64,000 bases of DNA from Eledone cirrhosa (lineage: Eukaryota). Below are positions 1 through 12,798 of the stretch, one piece after another (positions within the stretch are counted from its first letter, which is position 1; every line of letters starts with the position of its first letter). A program made the position numbers and the translations under genes. The DNA is taken from positions 31,344 through 95,343 of the forward strand of contig CAXHJY010001137.1 of assembly GCA_964016885.1 (NCBI GenBank). The letters are read 5' to 3'. A model generated the notes under the pieces. That model was given only the letters and a program-made list of their open reading frames with translations, made no database searches and was not told where the DNA came from.

Positions 1-84
1 ACCCAGTCCAGGAATTGAACCCACAACGTTATAGTCATAAGTCCAACACCTTTACTACTAAGCCACACACTTCCGTGAATACAT

Positions 85-330
85 ATATACAGTGGTGAAT
101 TGACAGAGTGAGTAGAGCATCACACAAATGTGTAGCCGTATTTGTTCTGGCTCTTTACATTCTGAGTTCAAATCCCGCCAAAGTCAACTTTGCTTTTTAT
201 CCATTCTAAGGACAATAAAATAAGGTATGAGTCAAATATATGTATTGACCCGTAACTACTGATGGAGTCATAGAGGCACCATAGTAATATGACATGTCTT
301 GGGGATATTTCAAATCTGGCGGTGCCCATC
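85..330 (+). mobile_element. Degenerate tRNA-derived SINE (family A)
   Basis: Contains TTCTGAGTTCAAATCCCGCC (B-box-like) and AACTTTGCTTTTTATCC, matching the SINE copies at 9605, 12196 and 45018. Confidence 0.65.
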
Positions 331-419
331 ATTCTCCAGGTCAGATCACAGCCAATTTCTTCCAGAGAAGGAGAGAGAATGATAGAGAGGAAGTATGAGA
401 AATATATAGAAGAAGAATA

Positions 420-1163
420 GAGAGGAACGAAGCTTGCATGCTCCGCTGGATGTGCAATAGTAATATACGTGAACGGCAAAGCATAAACGAACTAAGGAAA
501 AAATTAGAAATAAGAGGGATCAGATGTTGTTTACTCGAGAGAAGGCTACGTTGGTACGGTCACGTGATGCGCATGAAAGACGACAACTGTATAACAAAGT
601 GCAGGGCAATAAAGATAGACGGTAGCCACGGAGTAGGCAGACCCAGAAAAACATGGGACGAGCTGATAAATTCCGACCTCACACGCTTACACCTCTCCAA
701 GACAATGTCACTGGATCGAGACCTTTGGCGGTACTCAGTAATAGAGAAGACCCGCCTTACCTAAATACAAAGTAAAAACCTACTACAGTCAGTAGGCATC
801 TCTATCAAAACACACCCCCGTCCCACCACCTCCACCCCACCCACACCGCCCCTTTCAATGTAAAGTTATGTTGGTCCCACAACATCCAGGCCGAAACAAA
901 TGAGATCGTGTAGGTGTCACGACAAAAAAACACACAGTCCACGCTGTAAATGTGGCCGTGTAGGCAACACGGTAAAAACCTCCCAGCCCCACACTGTAAA
1001 TGTGGTTGGTGTTAGGAAGGGCATCCAACTGTAGAAAACCCGCCAGACAGTCCTATGCGAGCAAGACAACTACTCTTGCCTCAAGTGGGAAAACCCCCGT
1101 CCAAACCCATGCAAGCGTGGAACACGGACGCTAAACCTGATGATGATGATGATGATGATGATG
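420..1163 (+). mobile_element. 5'-truncated RTE-type LINE (end of ORF, 3' UTR, (TGA)n tail)
   Basis: ORF 438..764 (RRLRWYGHVMR...GRPRKTW) is nearly identical to 4136..4479; ends in a (TGA)n tail at ~1138-1163. Confidence 0.9.
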
Positions 1164-1164
1164 A

Positions 1165-1372
1165 ATAAACGCCAGTCCTGAACTGGTACTTTTTTTATTG
1201 ATCTCAAAAGGATGAAAGGCAAAGTAGACCACAATAGGTTTTGAACTCAGAGGACGAATGCTGCAAAACATTTTATCTGATGTTTTAATGCTGCCTACAA
1301 GTCAAATTTTGGAGTTAATATAATTGATTTTCCTTTCCCTTAAATTGCTGGCCTTGTGCCAAAATTCAAAAT
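1165..1372. mobile_element. Degenerate or rearranged SINE family A fragments
   Basis: CTGGTACTTT..GGATGAAAGGCAAAG..TTTGAACTCAGA in minus orientation, followed by AATTGCTGGCCTTGTGCC in plus orientation. Confidence 0.55.
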
Positions 1373-1399
1373 CTTTATATGTAAACATATTGTATATGG

Positions 1400-1583
1400 G
1401 TTATGGCCAACTGGATAAAAGCTTCTTCACCAATGGGATCCAAGCACTGCAACACTGATGGAAGATGTGTGTGGACTGCAAGGAGGGAGGGAGGGGGGAG
1501 CTATGATGAAAAACAAATCTCATTTAGTCACATTCCATGAGAGTATTTTGTTCAGCCTATGAACTTTTCAGCCAACCCTTGTA
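1400..1583 (+). mobile_element. Mariner-like transposon 3' end remnant
   Basis: Degraded WKxCVDCKG..Y.EK transposase C-terminus followed by a TIR-like CAGCCTATGAACTTTTCAGCCAACCCTTG and TA. Confidence 0.55.
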
Positions 1584-2072
1584 TATACGCCTTTCTATTT
1601 TCTGTTTTCATTAGTATTTCTTGATATACAACCTATTATCAGCATAGAGTATTTTTATCATCCAGCCTTCATCATGCAGTTACATAATATGTCTGTCTGT
1701 ACAAGTGCAGTTGATGTCATTAATAACTAACTGCTCTCTCAGTTTTCTTCTGCTCTACTCAACTTTCAGGCAAATTAACATAACATACATGATTCCCATC
1801 TTTCCAGCTTCTGCAGTTGTTTTACATTAAATACCTAGTGTCTTGCTAACATGTAACATTAATTTTCTCAACCAGGTAAACAGCTAAACTGAACTTCTTC
1901 CAACCGTCTCTTACTCCAGCTAATATGTTCTCATAGTATGTTCTCAACACTAATTAGGTCATTTAAATAATGGAAGTTATCATCTACCTCCACTGAGCTG
2001 CCTCAGCAGATTCACCTTGTCAGAATAGTTTTTCTATAAAATGAGAGATAAAAAAAAAATGGAATGATATGA

Positions 2073-2265
2073 AATTTACAGCTCATACATATGCAAGTTT
2101 AGCTAGTCTCCTATGAGGTTACATCTCATAGGAGGTTTCTTGAGTGTTTTAATGATAGAGATACCCTCACTCCTATCATGTAATTACAGCTCACACCTAT
2201 GCAGGTTTAGTTGGCCTCCTATGAGGTTATATTTTATTGGAGGTTTCTTGGATGTTTTAATAATA
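2073..2265. repeat. Two-copy tandem repeat, ~110 bp unit
   Basis: TTACAGCTCA..TATGCA.GTTTAG..CTCCTATGAGGTTA..GGAGGTTTCTTG..TGTTTTAAT occurs twice. Confidence 0.75.
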
Positions 2266-2524
2266 AGCTGGTATTAGACAAGATCAACTTCCACAGCATT
2301 GTTTTAAAAAGCATGGATCAACCAAGGCTATAGGAGTTATTTCACTAGTTTACTTTCATAACTGAGCACTTCCTAAAAGGAGTTTCAGTCTTGAAATTGT
2401 GAGGAAAGTCTCAGTTGATTTGAAGTTTTTCCCCCACATATTCAGACAGCAACACTCAATTTGTATGTTTGCATTTTATGCTAAGCACTTCCCTCGGCCA
2501 TTTTCACCTTACGCTTTGTTTACC

Positions 2525-2706
2525 ATTATAAAAAAAAACCAGTACACACTGTAAGGAGGTGGTGTCATAATAAAAACTCCTAGTATACACTGTAAGATGG
2601 TAGCACTGATGTCACGAAAAAAGCTCCCAATGCATGCTATAATGTGATAGAACTGGTGCCATGAAAAAATCCCCCAGTACACACTGTAGGGGGGTAGAAC
2701 TGGTGC
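2525..2706. repeat. Diverged minisatellite
   Basis: Recurring AAAA..CCAGTACACACTGTA..GGTAG.ACTGGTG units. Confidence 0.55.
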
Positions 2707-2715
2707 ATATATATG

Positions 2716-2764
<49 letters not shown>

Positions 2765-2765
<1 letters not shown>

Positions 2766-4479
2766 ATGAGGAGAATAAATGGGAGAAAGACAGTCTCCCC
2801 CACATCGATCCAATAGAGGGACCAGCAGTGCAAGTTGAAGGTAGTATAATAAGTAAGGCAATCAAAGATATGAAGACGGGTAAGGTGGCCGAGCCTTCGG
2901 AAATAGTTGCTGAGATGCTGAAAGCTTCTGGAATGGTGGGACATACTATGGTCACCCGGATAGTAAACCAAGTCATACAGAATGGGGCCGTTCCGATGGA
3001 CTGCCGTAGCAGCATCATCATTAACTGCTACAAGGGTAAAGGAGATGCTCTTGATAGGGGTAACTATAGAGGCATTAAATTAATCGACCAGGTCATGAAG
3101 GTCACAGAAAAAGTAATAGCGCAACTAATCAGAGAGCGAATTGATCTAGATGAAATGCAGTTCGGGTTTGTGTCAGGTAAAAGTACCACAGACGCTCTTT
3201 TCATTGTACGACAACTACAAGAGAAGTACCTAGCTAAAAGTAAACCCTTATACTTAGCTTTTGTTGACTTGGAGGAAGCCTTTGACAGAGTCCCCCGCTC
3301 CATTATCTGGTGGGCGCTTAGAAAACTAGGTGTTTATGAATGGCTTGTGAGAGCTATACAAGCCATGTATAAAGAAACAGTCAACAAGGTTAGAATTAAC
3401 AACGAATATAGTGAAGAGTTTAGAGTAAAAGTTGGTATTCATCAGGGCTCCATTCTTAGCCCCCTACTATTTATTATTGCCCTTATTGCTATAACAGAGG
3501 AGTTCAATACCGGCTGCCCATGGGAACTCCTATATGCAGATGATCTAACGCTCATAGCTGAATCAATGGCTGAACTAGAGAAGAAATTCCAAACATGGAA
3601 GCATGGCCTAGAATCAAAAGACCACTTGTCTAAGACTAAAGTTCTAGTTTGTAGGAAGGAAATTAGGGCACCGGTCCCATCTGGGAAATGGCCATGCTCA
3701 GTGTGTAGGAAAGGAGTAGGCAGAAACTCCATTTTATGTCCCAAATGCAAAGTATGGGTGCATAAAAGATGTAGTGGGATCACAGGTAAGCTAACTAAGA
3801 ATATAGATTTTATATGTGGCCGGTGCTCTGGTGCAATAAGTAGCAGCAAGTGCCCACAGAATACTATCTCATTCCATTGCACAGATGGTACTATAGAAAT
3901 AGTGGACACCTTCCGTTACCTGGGTGACAAAATCAGCAGTGGGGGAGGGTGCTCTGAAAGTACAGTAGCTAGAGTCAGAACGGGATGGAAAAAGTTCAGA
4001 GAGCTTATACCACTATTGGCCGCTAAAGGTTTCTCTCTAAAAATGAAAGGCAGGCTGTATGATGCCTGCATACGAACAGCAATGTTAAATGGCAGTGAGA
4101 CCTGGGCATTGTGTGCAGAGGATATATGCAGACTGGAGAGAAACGAAGCTTGCATACTCCGCTGGATGTGTAATAGTAATATACGTGAACGGCAAAGCAT
4201 AAAAGAACTAAGGGAGAAATTAGAAATAAGAGGGATCAGATGTTGTTTACTCGAGAGAAGACTACGTTGGTACGGTCACATGATGGGCATGAAAGACAAC
4301 AGCTGTATAAAAAGTGCAGGGCGATAAAAATAGACGGTAGCCACGGAGTAGGAAGACCCAGAAAAACCTGGGACGACTTGATAAATTCCGACCTCACACA
4401 CTTACACCTCTCCAAGACAATGTCACTGGACCGAGATCTTTGGCGCTACACAGTCATACAGAAGACCCGCCTTGCCTAA
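2765..4479 (+). pseudogene. RTE reverse transcriptase with PHD-like zinc finger; single frameshift near 4310
   Basis: Motifs NYRGIKL, QFGF, AFVDLEEAFDRV, HQGSILSPLLF, LLYADDL, FRYLG; CSVC..CPKC..WVHKRC..FICGRC; the C-terminus continues in frame 4240..4479. Confidence 0.88.
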
Positions 4480-4661
4480 GTACAAAGCGAAACCTACTAC
4501 AGTCAGTAGGCACCTCTAACAAAATAGGAAGGGCATCAAGCTGTAGAAAACTAAGTCAAAAACGAATTTTATTACCTATCTGGCCACAGAATGTAAGAAG
4601 TTATTTAACCCATGCATGCATGGAAAATGGATGTTATACGGTAATGATGATGATGATGATG
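2765..4661 (+). mobile_element. 5'-truncated RTE-clade LINE with (GAT)n tail
   Basis: RT ORF followed by a 3' UTR shared with the other copies and a GAT repeat at ~4645-4661; the 5' end abuts a TA microsatellite; no APE domain is present. Confidence 0.92.
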
Positions 4662-4664
4662 CTG

Positions 4665-4970
4665 ATATATATGTATGTGTTGTATGTGTATGTGTGTATG
4701 TGTGTGTGTCTGTATGTATGTGTATATATGTGTGTACAGGCGTATGTGTATGTATGTATGTGTCTAATGTATGTGTATATATGTGCATGTGTGTGTCTAT
4801 GTGTGAGTGTATGTATGTGTGTGTGTACATATACATGTATGTATGGGTGTATGTTTATGTGTATATGTGTGTGTAAGTATATGAATGTATGTGTGCGTGT
4901 ATGTTAGTGTATGTATGTGCATGTGTGTATGTATGTATGTGTGTGTGTATGTGTGTATGTCTATGTATGT
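4665..4970. repeat. (TG)/(TATG) compound microsatellite
   Basis: Seen directly. Confidence 0.95.
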
Positions 4971-5231
4971 CTAAATATTGTTCCTTTGTATAATTAATAG
5001 CAGCTGAAAGTGACTGAAAGTCCCAATATCTCAGTTTCCAGATTTAAATCAAGGTTTTGTACCAAACAAGGAATTATTCTATATTGAGCTTCATCATCAA
5101 AATATTCCCATCACATTTCCAGAGAGAAGGAGATAGAGAAAGGTAGAGAGAGAAATATATATATATATATATATATTTCTTTCTCTCCCTTCTATCTCAC
5201 TCTATTCTCTCTCCTCTCTCTCTCTCTCTCC

Positions 5232-5264
<33 letters not shown>

Positions 5265-5312
5265 TCTTTCTCTCGCTCCCTTCTATCTCTCCATCTCTCT
5301 CCCTCTCCCCCC

Positions 5313-5344
<32 letters not shown>

Positions 5345-5454
5345 TTCTAATAACTATAAAGCAACTTTCTGTATTAATACATATTTCATCCATGAAATCA
5401 ATAAATATATAATCAAGCTGTGTTTTCATCTCTGACATTTAATAGCTAGCTTTC

Positions 5455-5590
5455 ATAACTACCACTACCACTACTGTCACCACTACCACTAATACCACTA
5501 CTATCACTGCTGCCATTGCTACCATCACTACTGCTACCACCATTACTACTGCTACTACTACTACTACTACTACTACTACCACTAGTACTG

Positions 5591-5651
<61 letters not shown>

Positions 5652-6218
5652 CACTACTGTCACTACTACCACTGCTACCACCACCACCACTACTACTACC
5701 ACCACTACTGCCATCATTACTACTATTACTACTACTAATATCACTATTATCACTACTGTTACTACTGCCATCACCACTACCACTACTGCTACCATTACTA
5801 CCATCACCACCACAACCCATACCACAACTGCCACTACCACCACCACTGCTGTCACCACCACCATCAACACTACCACCATCACCACTACCACCATTACCAC
5901 CACCACTCTGTCACCACCACCATCACTACTACCACCATTACCACCACCACCATCATCACTACTGCCACCATTACCACCACCATCATCACCGCCTTCATCT
6001 CTATTACCACCACCACCATCTCCACTACCACCATCACCACCATCACTAGTGCCACTGCTGCCACCACCATTACCACTACTACCACTGCAATTCCCACCAT
6101 CACCACCATCACCATCACCACCACCACTGCCACCGCCACCACCACCATCATCATCGTCACCACCACCATCATCACCTCCACCACCATCATCACCTCCACC
6201 ACCACCACTATCATCATC
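5455..6218. repeat. (ACT)/(ACC)/(CAT) trinucleotide low-complexity tract
   Basis: Seen directly; it explains the poly-V/S/L/H/P ORFs. Confidence 0.95.
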
Positions 6219-7419
6219 GATCTATCAACACATTTTCTTTTTTTTTCTATATCTTCCAATTTGTTTTCTTTACTTTATCCATTCTATGATTTCATTAATT
6301 TCATCCAACTGATATAATTCACACCTTTTTGCTTGGCCTTCTTTAAAAAGCAACAACCTAAAACCCCAAAAAGTAAACAAACAAACGACATATCAAATAT
6401 TTTTTCTGTTTCTTATCTTGTGTTAATGGCTGCTGGCTTTTACATCTTGTGTGCAACGTAATTTATCAGTTGGGGGATTGTCAAATGTTTTTATATCACA
6501 ATCATAAATATTTGAGAAGCACATAAACTATTTTCCAATCAAAAAACATATTTATAATAATCTATTTTGTTTGTTAGCTAGATGAATGCTGCTAGGAACA
6601 AAGTCTATTTGGTGTATAATACCAATTGTAACTGAAGCATCAAGTGCTTATTGTCAGAAATCATTCAAAATTGATTCAGTTTAATATTTTTTTTTCTTTC
6701 CTAGTGTAATCAAGCGTAGGTGTTTTATTATTCATTGTAAACCTTTCAGTTTTCTTTGCATCATTGCCATTTGAGGAGATGTTTTTTCCCGTTTTATTGC
6801 ATCATGGTGATCTTTCTGAAATGTAGTTTCCTGCTTTATATAGAGATTGTCATTGCATTAGTCAATTTTATTACTCACAGCTTTGCAGGCTTACAATCTC
6901 TATCAAATACTAGTAAAAACACAGATTAGATGCTTACCGCAACCTGTTGCTGATTGGTTAGATATTTTCACAAACTGTTATTTATCAAAATATCCGCATA
7001 CACTGTCAATGTTTAACACTTCTACGACCATATTTCTAATTGTATTCAAATGGTCAGCCAATTCACATACTGTGTCAAGCTCAATCTTCCTGAGGATTAC
7101 AGCAAAATTGGCTAAAAAAGTAATTGATCTGGATTTGTGGGCTCATCCAAGCTATAATCATCATCATCATCATTTTATGTCCGCTTTTCCCTGCTTGCAA
7201 GGGTGGGACGGGAACTGATTCTGGCTTGATTTCTACAGCTGGATGCCCTATAAGCTATATATAAAGTTAATCCTTTCGTGCCTGTATTTCTCTAATGAAA
7301 TACTATTTCAATTGATTAATGAAGAATTTTGAGGGATTTACAAAAATTATTAATCATTACATACTCAGATAGTAACTTAACATATGGTTCTCATATGAAT
7401 TATATTTAGAAGATTTGTC

Positions 7420-8085
7420 AAGAAGACCAAGGGTGTCTTGGCATCACTCAACAAGACCTTTGTCAGCCGCTCTCCAGCTATCTATTTAAAGCTGTATATT
7501 GCTATGGTGTGGCCACACTTACTTAGAATTTGCATCCCCAGACTGGAACCTCTATCTTGCTCATAATATTGGCCTCTTGGAAACTGTTCAGAGACGTGCA
7601 ACCAAGCGAATACCCTCCATCAGGCATCTACCATACTCTGAACGCCTTGCTTCCCTGGGCATGGATACATTGAAGCTCCGACATCTGGCAACTGACTTGG
7701 TAAACACCCACAAAGTTATTAACCATCTTGCCAACAACAACCCTGAGCACCTTTTTGAACTCCATGTGTCTAATACACGTGGGTATGCCTACAAAGTCAG
7801 AAAACAGCACAGCTCCCATGACTTTCAGAAACATTTTTTCACGCTCAGAGTTGCGGAAGCATGGAACAAACTACCTGCATCAGTTGTTAGCTGCTGGGAC
7901 ACTGCATCCTTTAAAACCTCCATGTCCTGAAATTTGCCAACACTTCACCTGATATTCCCTCTCCATACACACGCACACATGTATATCATGACTCATACAC
8001 TGTTCACTTTCCTGACATTTGTACATTATTCAATGTACTATACATGTAGCTTTGATGAGTTGTAGTGCACCTGAGCACAGTACAA
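7420..8085 (+). mobile_element. CR1/L2-group LINE 3' fragment
   Basis: ORF 7499..7930 has LETVQRRATKRI..YSERLASL..FFTLRVAEAWNKLP, a typical CR1-group ORF2 C-terminus; an A-rich stretch follows. Confidence 0.8.
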
Positions 8086-8151
8086 AAAAAAAAATTTTAA
8101 AAAGCAAAAAAAAAGCTGATTGTCAGATTAAGTCAAGGAAACTACCATATA

Positions 8152-8514
8152 TACCTTATATACTCAAATATAAGTCAATCCAAATATAAGCCAACCCCTA
8201 TTTTATATCTGAGAATTGGGCAAAAATCCAAATCCAGTTCATAAGCAAGTAATCAACACATTATGTTTAGATGATGTGGCTTTGAAATTCTCTTGAGTGG
8301 AGAATATATTTATGATGTTTTAATATTTTGATATTTAAAATGTATTAAGTGTCGTTTAGAGTATAGTTTTTGTTTCACAATTCCATTACGTAATGACTTT
8401 TTACCAATTTCTGAGTGTTTTGAAGGCCATATTCATTCAAAATGCATCAAAGATGAATTTTACCATCAATTTTTTTTGTCACATATTTCTCAGCTTATAT
8501 ACGAGTATATACAG
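8152..8514. mobile_element. pogo/Tigger-like MITE
   Basis: Imperfect TIRs TACCTTATATACTCAAATATAAG and CTTATATACGAGTATATACAG. Confidence 0.55.
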
Positions 8515-8913
8515 AAGACCCGCCTTGCCTAAGTATAAAACGAAACCTTCAGTCAGTAGGCACCTCTTAACCAAAATACACCCCCGTCCCACTACCCCTA
8601 CCCCCATCTACACCACCCCTTTCTATGTAAAGTTATGTTGGTACCACAACATCCAGTCCTAAATAAATGAGGTTGTGTAGGTGTCACAACAAAAAAAGAC
8701 GCAGTCCACGCTGTAATGTGGGCGTGTAGGTAACACGGTAAAAATCTCCCAGTCCACACTGTAAATGTGGTTGGTGTTAGGAAGGGCATCCAGCCGTAGA
8801 AAACCCGCCAGACAGTCCTATACGAGCAAGACAACCAATCTTGCCTCAAGTGGGACAGTTCCCATCCAAACCCATGCTAGCGTGGAAGGTGGACGTTAAA
8901 TGATGATGATGAT
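8515..8913 (+). mobile_element. RTE LINE 3' UTR fragment with (GAT)n tail
   Basis: Homologous to 745..1163; ATACAG on both sides may be a short TSD or microhomology. Confidence 0.85.
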
Positions 8914-9354
8914 ACAGTAAGTTTCATTGGTCTTACCATTGCTGATGATATCCTGGCAGATGCTAGCATGGAAGATAGACGTTAAACAATGATGATGATG
9001 ATGAAATATCACAGCTTTTCCAGTAATATGGGACAGAACATACAGAGCTGGAACAGATACCATAAACCATCTCATTCAACATTTTAACAGTTTTGCCAAT
9101 CCAACACCACTGTACTTGACTGGTACTTTTTATTGACCTTGAAAGGACAAAAGGTAAAGTTATCCTTGATGGGATCTGAACACAGAGCACAGAGAGACAG
9201 AACAAGCACCAAAGCATTTAACACAATGTTTTAACTACTCTGCTTATTAGGAACTATTAACTTGGATCTTTTACCAAGTAAATCTTTACATCAGTACCTG
9301 GGCCTACATATCATCAACAAAGAAATAATATTATTTACATCATTTACCTGGGTG

Positions 9355-9583
9355 AGGGAGGTGGATTGGCAGTATTGGTAGAGTGTCGGACACTCTGCTT
9401 CATGGCATAGAGTTACGGCCCTTTACAATCTGAGTTCAAATCCCGCCGAGGTTAGCTTTGCCTTTCATCCTTTTGGGGTCGATAAAATAAAGCACCAGTA
9501 ATGCACTGGGGTTGATTTAATTGACTTGTCACCCCCCCCCCCCAAAAAAAAAATTGTGGCAAGTACCTAAATCAGAAGCCATT
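9355..9583 (+). mobile_element. tRNA-derived SINE family A (long variant)
   Basis: GGTGGATTGGCAGTATTGG head, GAGTTCAAATCC B-box, GCCTTTCATCC..GGGGTCGATAAAATAAAG core. Confidence 0.85.
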
Positions 9584-9604
9584 ATTTACCTGGATATGGT
9601 GGAA

Positions 9605-9792
9605 GGGCGGTGGATTGGCAGTATCAGTAGAGAGTCGGACGCCATGCTTTCCAGCATAGTTACGTCCCTCTACGATCTGAGTTCAAATCCCCCCGAGGTT
9701 GACTTTGCCTTTCATCCTTACGGGGTCGATAAAATAAAGTACCAGTAATGCACTGGGTAATTGCTGGCCTTGTGCCTAAAGTAGAGACAATT
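9605..9792 (+). mobile_element. tRNA-derived SINE family A
   Basis: Full-length copy flanked by ATTTACCTGG(A/G)TATGG duplications. Confidence 0.88.
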
Positions 9793-10273
9793 ATTTACCT
9801 GGGTATGGCTAAGTATCTAAGAATACATTTTGAAAGGTATATTGCATAGATTTGTTGAGAACTAATCCAGGAACCAGACAATTAATAGATATTTGCAGCA
9901 TGTCCCAATGTATTAATTACTTCTTTCTTTCTTCTTTCTTAACTTTCCAGTACTATATTCCTAATAAAAGACACTATCTATGTAATTTAGATAGATTTAG
10001 TAAGAACAACACAACTAACTTTCTCATTATTAAATTGGTGTTTGGAATATAACTAAGGTTCTTACATAAAATTATAACAAACATTTTTTTGATAAACTGC
10101 ACCCAGTACACTCTGTAAAGTGTAGGAATGTATGTGAGATGTGACTCTTGGCCAATCTATGAGGACAGTGGCTCTGATGAAGTACTGACTTAGACTGTGA
10201 GCAACTGTTCAACATATGCTGGCATGGAAAAAAAAATAGATGTTATATGATAATGAGGAGGATGCTGATGATG

Positions 10274-10418
10274 ATTGTTTCTACATTTGGCACAAGGCCA
10301 GCAATTTTAAGGATGAAAGGCAAAGTTAACCTCAGTGGAATTTGAACTCAGACTGCAAAGGGCCGTAACTCTGTGTCGTGAAGCATTGGGTCCGATGATC
10401 TAACAATTCTGCCAATCC
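10274..10418 (-). mobile_element. SINE family A, internally deleted
   Basis: TTGTTTCTAC..GGCACAAGGCCAGC..GGATGAAAGGCAAAGTTAACCTC..TGCCAATCC. Confidence 0.75.
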
Positions 10419-10423
10419 AGATA

Positions 10424-11005
10424 CTGATGATGATGATGATCATCATCATCATCGTTTAACGTCCATCTTCCACGCTTGCATGGGTTTGGGCGGGAATTGT
10501 CCCACTTGAGGGAAGATTGGTTGTCTTGCACGTATAGGACTACCTGGCAGGTTTTCTACGGCTGGATGCCCTTCCTAACATCAACCACGTTTACAGTGTG
10601 GGGCTGGGAGGTTTTTACCGTGTTACCTACACGGCCACATTACAGCGTGGACTGTGTGTTTTTTTGTGTCGTGACACCTACACGACCTCATTTGTTTCGG
10701 GCTGGATGTTGTGGTACCAACATAACTTTACATTGAAAAGGGTGGTGTGGATGGGGTGGGGGTAGTGGGACGGGGTGGTGGGGTGGTGGTGGTGTATTTT
10801 GGTTAAGAGGTGCCTACTGACTGTAGGTTTCGCTTTGTACTTAGGCAAGGCGGGTCTTCTGTATTACTGAGTACCGCCAAAGATCTCAGTCCAGTGACAT
10901 TGTCTTGGAGAGGTATAAGTGTGTGAGGTCGGAATTTATCAAGTCGTCCCAGGTTTTTCTGGGTCTTCCTACTCCGTGGCTACCGTCTATTTTTATCGCC
11001 CTGCA
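10424..11005 (-). mobile_element. RTE LINE 3' fragment with (GAT)n tail
   Basis: Reverse complement of the 600..1163 / 4315..4520 sequence; CAT repeats at 10441-10453. Confidence 0.88.
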
Positions 11006-11023
11006 ATATTTTTGATGATAATA

Positions 11024-11293
11024 ATAATTGTTTCTACTTTTGCCACAAGGCCAGGTACTGGTACATTATTTTATCGACCCCGTAAGGATGAAAGGCAAAG
11101 TTAACCTCGATGGGATTTGAACTCAGAATGGCAAGGGCCGTAACTATGCGTCAAAGCATGGCGTCCGACCCTCTACCGATACTGCCAATCCACTAATAAT
11201 AATTGTTTCTACTTTAGGCACAAGGCCAGCAATTACCCAGTGCATTACTGGTACTTTATTTTATCGACCCCGTAAGGATGAAAGGCAAAGTCA
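11024..11293 (-). mobile_element. Two tandem SINE family A copies (second truncated)
   Basis: Two reverse-complement copies, 11024-11192 and 11199-11293. Confidence 0.82.
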
Positions 11294-11836
11294 AATAATA
11301 ATGATGATTATTTAGCAGATTCTAAATAAATGATTATAATATTTGATATATATATTTTATATTTGTATCAACAGCGGTCACCAATATAGCAGACATTAAT
11401 AGTCACAGGTTTAGCTGTTAAATAATATTATGCCATGTAATAATAATATCAACGACAATAATAACAATAATGATGTATTTTGTTGTAACAGGAAAGGTAT
11501 GGTTTGTTATATCAATAAATGTAAGTTGAATTGAGATTCGGCTGTAAGTCTCAGGTTCTGTTGCTGCTGTGATAATAACTCTGGAAAGGATCTTTCCATA
11601 TCACATTTAAAGGTTATGGCTGTGGTAATAGCATCACAAGACTTTACAATGTTTTTACATAATTTATTTACAAACCGATTACATAGGTTGAGCTGGCATG
11701 CCAAACAAATGAATAAACAAATTAAGAGTTTAGAAGGTATGGTCAACTGGCTGAAGTGCTGGGCAGGCCGTAGTTATATTGTTGTCGTTACATGTTGGCT
11801 AGTGGTTTCACATCAAAAGAAAAATAGATGTTTACC

Positions 11837-12000
11837 TTTCCACAGTTGAAGCAACAAGAGATAGAATTTATTGAAAGTAGCGGGAAAAGCTCAGTTTAGG
11901 CGGAAGTTGAAAATACATATCCGTGCGCGGCTCACGATTGGCCTGACTTAGCCAAATCACGCACGAATAGCCTATCAATGCGCCAAAGGAAAGTAGCTTG
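11837..12000 (-). promoter_or_regulatory. Possible promoter and first non-coding exon
   Basis: Apparently unique, locally CpG-rich stretch with GCGGAAGT (ETS-like) and ATTGG/CCAAT; minus-strand donor-like AAG|GTAAAC near 11836. Confidence 0.25.
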
Positions 12001-12195
12001 CTACAATTATGATGATGATGATGATAATATTGATGATGCTGCTGATGATGGTATGGTTGTGCTGATGGTAATGGTGATGGTGGTGGTAGTGACGATGATG
12101 ATGGTGATAATGATAGACACTTTAAAACAAACAGTTTTATATTGTAGAAGCAGGAGTGGTTTGGGGTCAGTTTAGTATCAGAAGGGTTAAATAAC

Positions 12196-12380
12196 TATTT
12201 CTACTTTAGGCACAAGGCCAGAAATTACCCAGTACATTACTGGTACTTTATTTTATCGACCCCGTAAGGATGAAAGGCAAAGTTAACCTCGGCGGGATTT
12301 GAACTCAGACTGTAAAGGGACGTAACTATGTTAAAAAACATGGCGTCCGACCCTCTACCGATACTGCCAATCCACCGCCC
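12196..12380 (-). mobile_element. Full-length SINE family A with 16-17 bp TSD
   Basis: TSD CAGAAGGGTTAAATAAC at 12179-12195 and 12380-12396. Confidence 0.92.
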
Positions 12381-12798
12381 AGAAGGGTTAAATAACACTA
12401 TAGTTTACAGACTGGACTTACCAAGCTTAAAATAACAGTTTCCATTTATGTTTATTTAGTATGTATTAATTTAATCTGAAGCCGGCATAACTAATAACTA
12501 TAATGGGAGTGGTTGTTTCAATGTTTCCATTAAAACAAAATAAATTCCACAATAACCTTAGCATTAAACTTAGTAGAAGCTATCACCATCCACCCATATT
12601 ACTAGATACATTAAATTCATTACACTTGACCTAACCATAGATATCTAATTCTTCTTTCTTTAGAAAACAAACAGAGATACACTATGAAATGATAAGCCTA
12701 CAGCCATATTTCTTTCTAGATATAAATAAACTCAGTGGCCATCCTATAAACTGTGGTTAGAGTATCAGATAGAATATCTTGTATTATTTCTTACAAAT

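Noticed and set aside
5439-6312. Poly-Val/Ser/Leu/His/Pro ORFs
   Set aside because: Translations of a trinucleotide low-complexity tract, open on both strands
9605-9700. tRNA gene candidates at SINE heads and at 56990-57010
   Set aside because: Only A/B-box remnants with no full cloverleaf; they belong to repeats
11507-11746. 79-aa ORF resembling a Cys-rich secreted peptide
   Set aside because: Starts at TTG rather than ATG, matches no family I recognise, and has no supporting gene structure
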